Assembly (NCBI GenBank): GCA_964016885.1
Contig: OZ024751.1
Span: forward strand, 34,596,001-34,660,000
Source of the DNA: Eledone cirrhosa
Lineage: Eukaryota
DNA: 64,000 nt
Direction of reading: 5' to 3'
Positions 43,122-58,670 of this stretch are shown here, piece by piece. Below the pieces are notes generated by a model that was given only the letters and a program-made list of their open reading frames with translations, did no database searches and was not told where the DNA came from. Within the stretch, counting starts at the first letter, position 1, and each line of letters begins with the position of its first letter. The position numbers and the translations under genes are program-made.

Positions 43122-43152
43122 AACATAGTAGTGTTAGCTCTTCTTGTACCTT

Positions 43153-43208
<56 letters not shown>

Positions 43209-43856
43209 TATATCTTCTGTATTGGCAGCATGGTTGGATGGTTCACAAGTTGATTGAATCATTCAATCCTGGTTCGATCCTACTATGTTAGACTTTAGAT
43301 AAACAGTATTTACTTTGATTTGACTCAAGGATTATGATTAAGTTTGAGTAGACATAAACTGTTTAGTAGCTCATCAGATTGACTGTACATGTTATTAAAG
43401 GGTTTACCTATGTCTCACAGTGTGTCAGGCTGAATTTTTAGGAGAACTGAATCAAAGGAAAACGTATTTGTAAACTTCTCAGTCACTCACACATACAAGC
43501 TCTTCTCCACGAACAAGCTCTTCTCTTGATCAAACTGGAAAACGCATCGTCGAAACTCACGAAAGTTCATTCCATCCATTTCTGTATTAGTCTTATTTCT
43601 ACTGTGTGTATATCTCTCTATACGGTGTTAATTACATCTGGAAGTTGTCAGTTATGTCTATACTGATCTTGTCTCAGAAGTTGTTTGTAAATTCTAGAAA
43701 TACAGACTCGGTGTCTGTACAGTGTTAGTTAAGCCTGTCTTAGAAATTTCCTATCAATTGAAAAATCCCAAGACATTAGAAATGGTAAGCAAATGTATGT
43801 ATTGATATTGTATTGGTGATATTTTAGAAAATTGTTAATTCTAACACTCAAATGTG

Positions 43857-43896
<40 letters not shown>

Positions 43897-44650
43897 GGTG
43901 TTGTCTTAAAATCTTCTCTATTCAAGAAATCTGAACCTCTGGTGTTAGTGAATGTCAATATGATGCAACTGACTCGAAAAATGAACAACTAAAACAGAGA
44001 CGGTTTAATCGACAAACTAATATAGTGTGACCTTCTCACTAAAGTGTGTCTTAATCTTGAAATTCAAGTTTGCTGAGCTTCAAATTAAAGTAATATGACC
44101 TTGAATATCATTTGACCTTCAAAGTGTTTTGACCTTAGAAATAAAGTGTCTTCACCTAATAAGTACATATGATCTATATATTTATTTTACTATAGTTTAT
44201 TAATTTGTGACTTTTAGTGAATATTTCTTCAATCTTAGCGTTATTAACACTTTTATTGGCCTGTTTGTTTTCAATATCTCATCGTTCGTGTACATATTAA
44301 ATTGGAATGATTATTGATAGCCAACGATGAAAGTAAGTTGATCTGCTAGAAATAGCAGCTACACCGCTAACAAGCCCCACATTCCCTATAAAAATGTTCG
44401 CATTAGATAGACATTGCTGACTGAATCAAACATATCATCAGAAAATGGAGAACTGGGGACAGTAGCTGCCAAGACCTTCTAGATAGATGGGAATGGAATC
44501 TTCAGAACTGGAGCGTAGAATACAGTACACTGCACAAACCGTACTTTTGTTAAACCAAACGACATATAAAGTCTACCATATAAGATGAAACAAACAGATT
44601 TGAAGCTGGATCGAGACTGACAAAATAACATCAACAACAACTACAACAGC

Positions 44651-44690
<40 letters not shown>

Positions 44691-44699
44691 GTAGTAAGA

Positions 44700-44757
<58 letters not shown>

Positions 44758-45030
44758 CAACAACAATGACCAACTGATTCATCTGAATAATATTTCATTG
44801 AGGACATGGTATTAGTATTAAGCATCAATGACATTCGATTGAATTCGGTGGTATCGGTCGCGGAAAATAGTGGTTTTCTATTGATTAGAGTTTGTTATGA
44901 AAGGGCGTTGATTTCCAAACGTCTGGCGTTGTTGTATTGATTTAAGCTACAAGTATGAAGTATTATTATCTGGCTTGTGTATCGAGATCACTTGACTTGG
45001 CACAGCCTGTAAGCTCATATACACACATGT

Positions 45031-45090
<60 letters not shown>

Positions 45091-45378
45091 GTATATACGT
45101 ATGTACGTAGGTATATATATGTTTATGTGTATATAATTGTATAATAGTATATATATGTTTAAATATATATATATATGTGTGTGTGTGTGTGTATGTATAC
45201 TACGTAAATGTATGTATACATATCGATATATATACATATATATATGCATATATATGTATATATATACATATATATGTATATATATATATATGTGTGTGTG
45301 TGTGTATGTATGTTTGTTTATGTGTATATAGCTATATGATAATAATAATAATAATATAATATGTATATATATATGTAC

Positions 45379-45422
<44 letters not shown>

Positions 45423-45576
45423 GACATCACCGTCAGTTTGACAGCCTATAAACATATAAACTCACCTCTCCACACTTATCGGGATTCATAGCGTTATTTA
45501 CCTCAGTTTTCTGAACTTCCATTGACCACCATTGGAACTCTAGCCCACTATTATTATTACTACTATTATTACTATT

Positions 45577-45624
<48 letters not shown>

Positions 45625-45629
45625 TTTAT

Positions 45630-45688
<59 letters not shown>

Positions 45689-46554
45689 AACAGAGATATA
45701 AAGAATGAGAAATCAACAACAAAACCGAAGGAAAAGAAAAAGGAAATAAAGACCTTGAGTGACATTCAGCTGTCAAAGTCTGAAGTGGCATTAATTTGGT
45801 AATGTCTGCGGTTTCATTAATTTGTCAGCGCCGTATCGAATACTACATTGCCTTGGTCGCTGTTGTCTGGGAATTGACCTTTCACATAGCAGCGTCTGTT
45901 TTGAGAGAGAGATTGACAAGAGGCCTTGTTTCTATACCAATACCATATTTCCTTTCATGCCAACACCAATCCTAACTACCACCACCCCAATCACCACCAC
46001 CACCACCCCTTCACCACAACCACCACCATCACCACAACCACCACCAACTGAATCACAACCATCACTACCCGAATCACAACCACTACCATCACCTCCATCA
46101 CCACCCGAATCCCCACCACCACCATCATCACCACCATCACCACAACACAATCATCGCAATTGAGTCGGGAATCAGTTGTTAAGAAGCTAAAGCAAAAACT
46201 TTACGTGCTTAAATAAAGCGTTCAACTGTTCTTGTGACACGGTTGTAATTCACAAGTTTAGACAGTTAGCTATATTACATTATAAGACATACAGAAGGAC
46301 GTGTTTCTGGTGGATCTGTTCTGTGTAAATAGAAGCAACTCAAATCAAAAGTAAAAGATATCTCGGAACAAACGCGGCCATATTGTCTTCTAGTTGTCAT
46401 CAAATAATCTTATATCTAATCTAAAGCTCTCTTCAGATTCAATTGTAGAAAACAATCGTAATAAGCTGTTATCTTTAGCGTCATGTATCATGGCCTTGTT
46501 TTGATACAGGACCTTGTAAAGGGTCCTGCATTTAAGGACATTCTCGGATAGACC

Positions 46555-46706
46555 GTGCCTGTAATTCAAAGGGCCAACCTTGTTAGACACTGTGTAACGC
46601 GGAATTTCCCAAAGAATTATGTTATGGGTATTCGCGTCCGTGGCGTGCTCAATCACCTATACGTTCATTAAACTGGAACAATCCTCGATGACGCCGACTG
46701 AGGTCC
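46555..46706 (+). mobile_element. 3' fragment of SINE family 2
   Basis: CCTGTAATTCAAAGGGCCAACCTTGT..., colinear with 42948-43120. Confidence 0.65.
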
Positions 46707-48209
46707 ATATTTACTTTTAACATTATAGTAGACGACTCGACTCCTATGTTCCTATGTGTCGTGTAATGAGATAAAATATAGAAGTACAACTTTCTTTAAA
46801 CAACAGACCTCAAGTCTACGTTCAACACTTTCCTCTATAATTTTCTGACTTTCTTGCAATATACTTTAATGGTGGATACAGAAGACACCGATACTTAATA
46901 AAAGAAGCAACTCCTAGCTATCTTCCTGGGGAATTTTAATGACAGTTTAAGGCTAATGACAATACCAAATCGAAATCAATCTAAGTTTATTTATCTTGAT
47001 CTATGTCGTTGAAGAGATCAGTACTAGGTTCTTCCTAGATTCTTCATAGGAACGATCGAACATAGAATCAAATATTTGCGTAACAACCAACTTCTACACA
47101 GCTCCATACCTCAGCACATTTATACATCTTGCTGTATAAATGTTGCAGCATAAATTATAAATTCCTGAATTCCATGTAATAGATTTTGATGGCGACAGAA
47201 GCCAGTGATATTCAACAAAAGAAGCAATCTCAAGTCACCTTCCTAGTTAATTCCAATCTTCGAACTGCCTAATCAAACGTTAACTGATTATTTCTTCAAA
47301 CCATCATTCCGCTACAACTGGGATTACCAATATCTCTTCTCGATAGAAATTTGTGATTTCTTTGATTACCATGGCAAATATCTCATCTCGATTTCACGAG
47401 GCTGTGGCCTTTTAACCATTGTCAACTTCAACATTTACATTGAGCCAAACTTAGGGAGTGAGATATCAACCAGGTTGTTCAACACGCTAGATATAAGAGT
47501 GTATACAAATCTACCTCAAATCTACCATATTCTAAGATATGGTGGTGACGATGTATGGTTCAGTATAGTGCTAGATACATTACTGTCGAAAGAAAGGGAA
47601 GAGGTGGTCACGATTGGAACGGCTTTGATTAAGGCAATGATCCAGCTTGTCTAACTTGAGATGCAACAACACAACAATCACCACAACAACAACACAAGTA
47701 TTGCAAACACCACTAACAACAACACAACCACCACCATCACAAACAACTACCATAATAATCCAACACCACCGTCACCAGCAGTGCCACCACTACCACAACT
47801 ACCATCACCTCCAACACCACCATCACTACAACTACCAAACCACTACTGCCACAACCACTACCTTCACTACCATAACAACACCATCATCACCCTATCATCA
47901 CCCTATCATCACCAGCACCATCATGAATAATAACAACAATAACAAGATCTTGTTACACCCAAACTTCCTTCCACACCAATCTCTCGGTTTTCCTGGTAAC
48001 GTGTTCATTAAAACTTCAAAATCCCAACATCCAGCAGAGTATATCTTATTTTAGTCTTTGTAGCTGTTGAGAATCATATATCTTTCTGTATTACCTTCTC
48101 GAGTGTTATTATTAATTTGCATGTTCTGTTTGATTTAAAAACAGTCTCACGTATATATATATACATACACACATATATATAAATATATAAATATATATAT
48201 ATAAATAAA

Positions 48210-48268
48210 TGTTCGGTGAACAGCCGTACTAAGAGTGGGAAATGAAATTCGTTTCATTTTTTCCGTTT
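48210..48268 (+). mobile_element. Isolated 3' tail of relic D family within (TA)n
   Basis: GCCGTACTAAGAGTGGGAAATGAAATTCGTTTCATT matches the reverse complement of 5331-5367. Confidence 0.75.
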
Positions 48269-48324
48269 ATATATAAATATATATATATAAATATATAAAT
48301 ATATATATAAATATATATATAAAT

Positions 48325-48356
<32 letters not shown>

Positions 48357-48372
48357 TTATACATACACATAT

Positions 48373-48475
<103 letters not shown>

Positions 48476-49272
48476 TACATATATATTTATATATATATAT
48501 ATACATATAAAATTATTATTTTTCAGCCACTTCTTACAACAGCATTTTAACATCGAAGTATTTTTGTTGGTGTTCTCCTTCGTATTTGTCTTTGACAAGT
48601 TATATTTCTTCACTTCTAAGCCTATTAAAAGGAAAACACGTTTTGCACAGTTGGAAAGCTGCAAAGCCATTTCATTAGCTGAAGAAGTGGTTTTATATAG
48701 TTAACAAAATATAAATATTTTAGAAGGAGTTTTACATAATTTCACACAATTTTACAAAATGTTACACAGTTTGTAAGAATGTAAAATAAGTCTGTCTTAT
48801 TTGAAGTGTATTTTGAAATTGTCTGATGAAAGAATATTGGTTTTAATGAACAAATACCACTTGAGCATGTAGAATTAAACATAAACCAACAGAATTGAAG
48901 TGATTTTTTTGTTGGTATTTTATGTATAAATCCAGAACAAATACCAGAAAAAGTATCATATTATTTACAGTAAAGCAATCTATTTAAAAGAGCGAAATCT
49001 AGTATATGAAAAAATAACTGTTTTTAAGTGAGCTTTATGTCAGTGTCCTTCCTTTCACTGCAGCGTCATGGTAACCCAGCAATTGGTGTAGGATGAATAT
49101 TCTGTGATTTAATAGATATTTTGTTTTTCATGAAAGTATTTCGACAGGTTTAACCATACACACATCAACCTAACGGATGAGCCAACATATACAGGGTCAC
49201 TCAACTGCTAGAAATAGAAGCTAAATCAAATCTCCAAACCACAACTACAGTTTTTAAAATAACACATCATTT

Positions 49273-49319
49273 AATAATTGTTTCTACTTTTGGCACCAAT
49301 CCAGCAATTACCCAGTACA
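49273..49319 (-). mobile_element. SINE family 1 3'-end fragment
   Basis: AATAATTGTTTCTACTTTTGGCACC..CCAGCAATTACCCAGTACA. Confidence 0.75.
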
Positions 49320-50477
49320 AATAATGTAGCCTAAAACAATAACGAGATCGTCACGGTTAGAATGATTTTGATAAAGTTATACAAGATCAATAAGAAACAC
49401 ACACCTTTAGTTATCGATGAAACTTGAAAAGAAAAAGCTTTAATGTCTAAAATTGTATTCGAATAAAGACGTAGAAGAGCAGAGATAGATTTCAGCGTTG
49501 AACAGTATTATAAATAGTTTATATGGCTAGAGTTATTTGGGGGCATTATGTGAAATATATGAAGATCTTGGAAGATTTTATTTCAGTAAAACTCGACACA
49601 TAAAAAGATTACATAATTCATTTGTGTGTATTCAGTGCTTCCGTTGTTTGGTACTATTACATGAAGAGTAGGTTCAATAAATGACTTTAAATATGTGTAA
49701 ACCTGTGTATTAGAACGGGTTTTTCATGCAGTAAGAATTAGATTCTTCGTTGAAATACACAGATGGATTCTTGGGTTGCATCGGAAAAGGCTTTCTTCTC
49801 CTTCAAATAAAACTACTTTTGAATGCACCCTCCTGGATTTTATCAAACGGAATGTGTTCCTTTAGTGGCTTTTGAAATTTCCTAGCGTTTTCTTTACACC
49901 TTCCATGATTGAAGTAGATTAGAAAGCAACGGTGACTGAATGTAAAAGCTACAAAGAAATTATGATAGAACAAACTATCGACTAGGAAATTAATCGCAGT
50001 ACATTTCGCTGACACCTTTTATAACCAGAAAACAGAGACCCTTGCATGTGTTCACATAAGCTGCTAGATATAGTAGTCAAATAATAATGAAACACAGCCA
50101 AACGATTGTCAGATACGACCAGAGAAGGTTTGTTATTTTCAGTGTTGAAGTTACCTGCCGACTACATCTCCTAACAGAGGTGTTATCACCTTTCCTATGA
50201 TAGGAGACGGGGTTTGAACTCAGAATGTGTGGAGCCGGAGTGGGAGGAAAATATACACGTGTGTGTGTACGTGTGTACGTGTGTATGCGTGTTTATGAGT
50301 GTGTATGTGTTAGTAACATTTTGTTTCGTTTCATTACGAGGCTACTCATAGGTTTAGTGTATATACACGTATTATATACGTTTATATTCATATATCATAT
50401 ACATCTCTATTAGACACGGAAGTTGGCCTAGTGCTACCACCAATTGTATATATATATATGCTTTCATTTACACATAC

Positions 50478-50581
<104 letters not shown>

Positions 50582-51221
50582 AGCATACGCCACTCAGGAA
50601 AAACAGAATTTTCGTAGTGTACCTGTAACAATTTCTCTACGACTAAACGTTGACAATGAATGTTTTCGCGTGTTAACTGAACATTAAATTTGTTCTTATT
50701 GATTCGTTTTTATTGCACAACGGGGCGTCTCATAACTCTATAGTCAAAGACATTTCTCAAACACCAGTTGCTTCATGAATATCACAAAGGGATAAAATTA
50801 TTACGCTTCGACATTGTTCTTATCTAATATATCATATGTTATAGTGGTGAGAGAGGTCAACTAAAGACAACAGCCCAACAATACAAGCGACGCAAAGGTC
50901 GTTGACCAGGTGTAATTCAAAGAATTCATGATCAAATCTATAAACACTGTTACTATTTTAACTCAATGACTAGCTTCAGTCATTGAACTGCGGCCATGTT
51001 GAGGCAGAGTCTTGAACAGTTTACGCTGTCGTATAAAATATCGGTACCTCCTTCCATTTTAGGATGAAGGTCTCGGTTTTATTAACTGTGAGGTCACTGG
51101 ACATAAACAGACTAATGGATGTGAGACGAGTGAGATGTCATCCTGATAATAGACAGGAACATACATAAACACACGCACATGCACCCCTACTACTACACAC
51201 ACACACAGACACAGACACACA

Positions 51222-51253
<32 letters not shown>

Positions 51254-51291
51254 TAAAACGGTCTTCGGCATAATAATAAAAATGATAATAA

Positions 51292-51483
51292 TAATTGTTT
51301 CTACTTTTGGCATAAGGCCGGCAATTATCCCAGTGCATTACTGGTACTTTATTTTATCGACCCCATAAGGATGAAAGGCAAAGTTAACCCCGGCGAGATT
51401 TGAACTCAGGCCGTAAAGAGCCGTAACTCTATGCTCCAAAGCATGGCGGCCCGCCCTCTACCGACACTGCCAATCCAACGCCC
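51292..51483 (-). mobile_element. Full-length SINE family 1 (copy A of cluster)
   Basis: Reverse complement of family consensus over about 190 bp. Confidence 0.9.
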
Positions 51484-51516
51484 TTATCAATTAACATTAT
51501 TTAAATCCGGTTGGAT

Positions 51517-51702
51517 GGGCGGCGGATTGGCAGTATCGGTAGAGGGTCGGACGCCATGCTTTCCAGCATAGTTACGTCCCTTTACGATCTAAGTTCAAAT
51601 CCCGCCGAGGTTGACTTTGCCTTTCATCCTTACGGGGTCGATAAAATAAAGTACCAGTAATGCACTGGGATAATTGCTGGCCTTGTGCCTAAAGTAGAAA
51701 CA
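51517..51702 (+). mobile_element. Full-length SINE family 1 (copy B), 20-bp TSD
   Basis: TSD ATTATTTAAATCCGGTTGGA at 51496-51515 and 51703-51722. Confidence 0.92.
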
Positions 51703-51715
51703 ATTATTTAAATCC

Positions 51716-51875
51716 GGTTGGACGCCATGCTTTGACGCATAGAGTTACGGCCCTTGCTATTCTGAGTTCAAAATCCCGCCGAGGTTAACTTTGCCTTTCA
51801 TCCTTACGGGGTCGATAAAATAAAGTACCAGTAATACACTGGTAAATTGCTGGCCTTGTGCCTAACGTAGAAACA
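51716..51875 (+). mobile_element. 5'-truncated SINE family 1 (copy C), 13-bp TSD
   Basis: TSD ATTATTTAAATCC at 51703-51715 and 51876-51888. Confidence 0.88.
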
Positions 51876-51882
51876 ATTATTT

Positions 51883-51993
51883 AAATCCTGTCGAGGTTAA
51901 CGTTGCCTTTCATCCTTACGGGGTTGATAAAATAAAGTACCAGTAATGTACTGATTAATTGCTGGCCTTGTACCAAAAGTAGAAACAATTATT
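51883..51993 (+). mobile_element. 5'-truncated SINE family 1 (copy D)
   Basis: AAATCCTGTCGAGGTTAAC...GTAGAAACAATTATT. Confidence 0.88.
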
Positions 51994-52159
51994 AATAATA
52001 ATATTAATATTGTTAATTGATAAGAAACCAAATAAACGAAAACAGAATAGAACCCCTCCCCCTCCCCTACCAGGCTGGAAATTTGGAGAAATCAGTCATT
52101 GAGAGGCCTACATATTAATAGGAAAACATACCACTGAACATTAACACATACACACACAC

Positions 52160-52201
<42 letters not shown>

Positions 52202-52542
52202 ATACACATATACACACACAAACAGATAACAGTGACTTGTAAGCAACTACAACAACAATAGCAAGAGTAACAACAACGTGTTCCTGATTAAGTTGCAAGA
52301 AACCTTGAGACAACAGCAATGGAGAACAATGTCTCACAGCTTTACGATAATGGCATGGCTGTTATCACAACATCTTTCCCATAATTCCACACTAATGCAC
52401 TTTACAACGACAATAACAAAATGTCGACTTGGAAACAATCTTCTTTAAGAGACGATAAGAGTTGGAAATAAAAACAAAGAAAGATTTGGTTGAGACAAAT
52501 TAAGCATTCGATGGTTGGATGGTTGCATGGTTGTTCGAAACG

Positions 52543-52648
<106 letters not shown>

Positions 52649-52769
52649 CAGAGAGAGTGTTTGTGTGTGTCTGTGTGTGAGAGAGAGAGTGTGTGTGTGT
52701 GTGAGTGTGTGTGAGTGTGTGTGCGTGAGTGTGAGTGTGTGTGTGTGAGTCCCGAGTCCCAGGTTCAAT

Positions 52770-52958
52770 GGGGGTAACCACAGCTAGTAAGGTACTCAAT
52801 ACATTAGTAGAGTGTAAATATCAAGTTTGATTTAGAAGTGACTTCTACCAGACTAGAACTGTTTCAGTCAAAAGAAATCATCAGGATATCTCTGATGATT
52901 TCTTCTGAATTAAACAGTTCTAGTCCAGTAGAAGCCATTTCTATAATAAACTTGATAT
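52770..52958 (-). mobile_element. Older fold-back relic with back-to-back hammerhead-like cores
   Basis: Imperfect arms 52818-52884 / 52892-52958; centre TCATCAG-gatatct-CTGATGA; minus arm reads CTGATGA-tttcttttgact-GAAA-cag-TT. Confidence 0.65.
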
Positions 52959-53051
52959 AGGTGCGTGTGTGTGTGTAGAATAGAGATCTACGTGAGTAAT
53001 TTGTTCGATAGAAAGAGTTATATAGAAAGATGAAAACATACAAATGTATCT

Positions 53052-53144
<93 letters not shown>

Positions 53145-53464
53145 TGTGTGTGTACAACATATATTCGGAACGTAAACACGAATTTTAAGAAGGGATTGAA
53201 AATTGGCAGTGAACGCAGATAAGAATTGCCAAAAATACATATCAATAATTTGGATATTTATAGAAATGTTTGATTGAGATCGATTTTCGAACTGTAAGAT
53301 ATCATTGTCTTAAATCCTTTCTTAAAGTCTTATTTCCGTTTATGTTGTAATTGATGACATCGATTACATCGTCTAGCTGAATTTGTGGTATACATATATA
53401 TATATATAATGTATTACCAATGATATTTTATTTCCTAGTGTCATTTGTAATTTGACTTCTACAC

Positions 53465-53520
<56 letters not shown>

Positions 53521-53630
53521 TCCCATATCACCGTTGTCCCACTGGACATAACACCCCATACAGTCCATAATCCGTCTATCTTTATGCTTAATGAAGTTTT
53601 CTATATTGACAAACACAGCTTTACAAGTAT

Positions 53631-53711
<81 letters not shown>

Positions 53712-53890
53712 CACACACAAACACACACAACTATATATATATATTATAATTTCCTGTGTTTCCTTTCAATGAGATGTTTTATTGTAGAAAGGAGACCTGA
53801 CATTTCTATTAAGAAATAACATAGTCACCCCCAGAGAGGATATTGAATCCTCATTTAAAATTCTAAACAATCATATCTCTACATCCTCTA

Positions 53891-54000
53891 TACTAGCGTG
53901 TATATATATGCTAGTGTATATCTATATATACTAGCGTGTGTATATATATATGCTAGCGTATATATTATATATACTAGCGTGTGTGTATATATATGCTAGC

Positions 54001-54048
<48 letters not shown>

Positions 54049-54070
54049 TAGCGTGTGTGTATATATATGC
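53891..54070. repeat. (TA)n array punctuated by CTAGCG units
   Basis: TACTAGCGTGTATATATATGCTAGCG recurring. Confidence 0.8.
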
Positions 54071-54242
54071 GTAGATGTGAGGAAACAAAAATATATAAAC
54101 AAACAAACAGAAAGTAGACACTAATGAAAAGAATCACAAAAAGGAAATTGAGAGCAAGAGCTTCAGGTAAATGTCATATATTTTAAATTTATCTCCTAAC
54201 GCATACATACTTACTTACATACATATATATATATATATACAT

Positions 54243-54397
<155 letters not shown>

Positions 54398-54997
54398 TAA
54401 TTCAGCGAGAATCGTATTTCGGCCGGTAGAAAAAGCGAAACGAAACGCAAAATCGTAGAAATGCTGGCAAGCATTATATATATATTATATATATATATGC
54501 ACATACATATAAACACATCCATTAGTCCATCAATCCATACATACATACACACAATGCAGCATATACGCTTATTCGCCCTTTCCCTCCATATGTGTGTGTG
54601 TGTGTGTGTGTGTTTGTGTAGTTAATAAATGAAACCCTGGCACAATTACACAGTTATATTAGGTGTACACATATAAATATATATACATTCGATGTTGTAA
54701 AAAGAAATATTATATATAAGTGCAAATATGTGTAGCTATGTGCACATCTTTCTAATATCTTCACAGTGTCGCTACATTTCTAGATATCATATTATATATC
54801 TACACATATAATATATATCTTTCAATACTACGCAATCCCTCTCTATTTGTGAATATTATAACACATGTCATGAACTTCGCTTTTGTGTTGATGTCTAATA
54901 TATCTGTAAATATAAATACTTCCGTCACCATACACCTCATTTCCTTACTGTGCATATACATGCATGAACCTGTTAATATTGTCATATATATATAAGT

Positions 54998-55138
54998 TCC
55001 CTGCCTTCCATCGAAAATGGCCCCAAAATACTTAAATTTCTCCACCTGCTTCATTAGAACTCCACTCATATATAAAGTGGACTGTACAGATTTCCTTGGA
55101 AGGCCGACTGTCTCAGTTTTGGCGGCACTGATTTTCAT
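54998..55138 (-). pseudogene. Non-LTR retrotransposon (LINE) reverse-transcriptase fragment
   Basis: MKISAAKTETV...RKSVQSTLYMSGVLMKQVEKFKYFGAIF matches the RT C-terminal motifs G(L/M)xIsxxKT and V..FKYLG. Confidence 0.75.
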
Positions 55139-58100
55139 TCACACCGTGCATATAGTATATGTAGGTTTACCAGAATTTGTTGACTTATTGCAAAGAAATA
55201 TACTAGATTATAATTTGCATGTAAACGGTCAACATTTCTAATATATAGAGTAATTGTACTAAAAAGGAACTTATATTTGACATTTGGAATAAAGTTCAAC
55301 ATCTCACTGGTTTCTTTTTTCATTCACATTATATTATTAATCAAATTATAGTTTATTCTGTATATAATAAACTGTGTGTATATACATGTGTGTGAGTCTG
55401 TGTATGTGTATATGTATGTGTCTGTCTGTGTGTATATCCACGTCAGTATTGTCAATATGTACATTTTTGTCTGTCTGAGTTCATGTTCCGTAAAATCGCA
55501 TTCCAAGCAAAAAAAAGAAAAAGAAAAAAAAAAGAAAACAAAAACAAAAAAAAAAGATTTGATAACATGAATAGCAGATTTCAAATCATAACTATTGATG
55601 ATTTGATCAAGTAAATAAAAGCAGTTAGAATAAATATATCTAGCATTAAACGTGGAAGGTTTAACATTAGAACATACATGTACTGGTCTGAGTTGTCTGT
55701 GATTATTGGTGAAAATACTGAAGACTTCCAAATTGACAAAGAAGAGTGCTGACTTATACTTTCACATTCATATTAGACTGAGAAAAATGAAATTGAAACT
55801 GATAACTTGGAAGCAATTTGTTAAAATATGGTGTCAAGCTAAGTGTGAAATGAGCTTGTCACGTTATAAATTTAAGAAGTACCACTTAAGAAGCCGAATA
55901 ATACCAAAATAGACGTGATTGTAAGAAGTTCTAATTGATTCTGTGTACCAATATCTTCAAGAAGTCTTGCAAAATTTAATTTAAATCAACTAATTGGTTC
56001 TTAATTGTTAACATGGATTTTTAATGTTACTTTTTTTTTTAAAATCTATTTCAATAGTTAAGTCAAAAATATAAAATAAGTGCATACATATTTCTGGTAC
56101 AATATGGAGGTTTAGAAAATCCAACTAACATATGGTAAAATTAATGAGGATATATATATATATGTATATATATATATATGTGTGTGTCTGTGTGTGTACA
56201 TATATATATTATGTTGTTATATCATATATAATTTAGAAATGCCATCAAGAAGAAGAAGAAGAAGAAGAAGAAGAAGAAGAAGAAGAAGAAGAAGAAGAAG
56301 AAGAAGAAGAAGAACAACAACAACAACAACAACAACAAGGTCAATGACCTGATGTTTGTTACACCTGCAAGAATGTTATGTTTATTGTTATGATTATTTT
56401 CCCAATTCTATATAGTCGATGTTGTTAGTGTAGAATTGTTTCACCAATTTACTCATCTCTTCCTGATGCTTGAAGAAATCTTGATAATTATTAGCTTTAT
56501 AATTTCCACATCCCAGCTACTGTTATAGTTGTTTCTCCCCTTAGATATCTTTAAATTGTCATTAGTTGAAACACTCACTGAACACATTACCTTTGTTTCT
56601 TTGTTATTTAACTTCATTAGATCGGTTTCGTCGCTTTTATAGTCAGCCAGCATTTGATTGCTTTAATAGTAACATTTCATTTGTTGTTCGTTTTTGTTTT
56701 AAAGTTAGTTGTTTGCTGGATTTAGTTTGATTTTCAATTAAAGTCTTGATGTTTCTCTTTTGATTGAAGCAGCTATCAATTGGTTTCTCTGTGGTTCTCT
56801 CTGTGTTGGTGAAAAATCTCCTCGTTCTTAATTAAATTGTTTGTTTGATTTCACTCTAATAAAATGTCGACGAACGGGGTTTAAGTGTGTTTTTTTTTTA
56901 TAAGTAATTTCTTGGTAGTGATTTTAGTGTAGTTATGGTTGATATTATTGGTGCAGTTGACGTCACTGTTACTGTAATGATGTCACTGTTGTTATGGTTC
57001 AGCTCAATTTTGTTGTTGTCACTATTGTTGTTGGTGTCGTTGCTGCTGTAATTGTTGTTTAGCCTCTTGTTCCAGTCAAGACCAACTCATGATTTTTTAT
57101 GAAATCTAAGAATATTTTATATAAAGAAACATTAGCTTCTATGAGACAGTTAAAGAAATTTGGCTGCTATTTCTAGACGTGCGAGTATCTAAAGGCTCCT
57201 TTCATTCAACACATTTGAATGAAGTGTAACGTTGATTAAAACATGATGTCCTCACAAAACCACAAAGAAAGGAAGTAATTCTATTAGACTGCTTTTCTAC
57301 TTCCATCGCCTCTATAAGGTATAAAGAAGGGTCTGTCCCCCAACAAAGGGTTGTCTACGTTGATCCGCACACTCTCAGAAATAGTAAACAAATCTTTCTG
57401 AAAGTCACCACACATCCCTCCTCTTAAAAACAAAATAAAACAACAAGGACTTTTGAAGATACAATCCTAGAAACCCCTTAATTGTTAAAGCTCGGCCGAT
57501 TATGATATGTGAAGTTCATCAGGATTGATCTGGGGCTGAATGGTATTAGAAAATATTTCCATAAATTTTACTATGTACTCACACCTCATTTCTCTATCTC
57601 ATGAAATTCTATTTTTAAGTTCCGATGTGTTTAATTCTTAACAAAAGAGAAACATAGAAAGAAATTTGCAAACCTCATTGGTCCAGATGTTTTTAACTTG
57701 TGTGTTTACACATAAGTGTGTACACAGAAATGTGTACACTGAAACGTATGGCTGCAACTAAATTAAGAGGAAAAATTTAAACGGAAGAAACTGTTTCTAT
57801 GGACATTTAAATTCAAGAAAATGGCGTATTACTTTATTGAATAATTAAATAAAATGTTGAATATATTTACACAGTCCTGCCGGTTAAAGATTTATAAGTT
57901 TGGATAAATTTACTGATACTTTATGTCGTTTCTGTTTAGTTTGGCAAGACATTTCTGGAATTTTATAGATAGAGAATAGAGGTAGAGTGTAGAGGTAGCG
58001 GGTGTATAAGGTTTTTATTTGCGTCTCTGACGAGTTAATTATGTTAGAGAGTACTTCAGAACTTGTTTAGTCTGACGGTTTTACTTTCATTGGGGGCTTG

Positions 58101-58219
58101 ATAGAAAATTTGGGACGTCATGTATAGTTTAATTTGTGCCTGTGTGATTGTTAGGAAAGTTATCATTATATCAGAGGTACACATCTCGTGTATATAGATA
58201 TATACACAACTGTCTATAC

Positions 58220-58326
<107 letters not shown>

Positions 58327-58620
58327 GAGATATATTCGATATGTCTCATATGAAATAATACAGCCAATTTTCCACACAATACAATTAGTTAGCACCCCGA
58401 ACGTTTAATTAGGAATATACCCACTTATTTCCTAATGTTTGTTGAGTGAGTTGGGATTTGGCCGGAGTATCGCTAAAAGCTTTCTCCGATAATATATATA
58501 TATATATATATACAAGTATTGAAATTTCCGTTGGAAACAGAAAAGGTCATAGAAGTGAAGAGTGCTCTATGTAAGTATCAGAGCAAAATTTAATGTATAA
58601 AACTATTTAATGTATAAAAA

Positions 58621-58670
<50 letters not shown>

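Noticed and set aside
46865-47260. Endonuclease-like LLGDFN motif within an old about 75-bp duplication
   Set aside because: Too degenerate to assign; only a weak local duplication (about 46865 vs about 47183) is visible
58020-58080. CTGACGA as another hammerhead
   Set aside because: No intact GAAA and no convincing stems; isolated CTGANGA words at about 2064, 2224, 20027, 48823, 55719 and 61670 were rejected for the same reason
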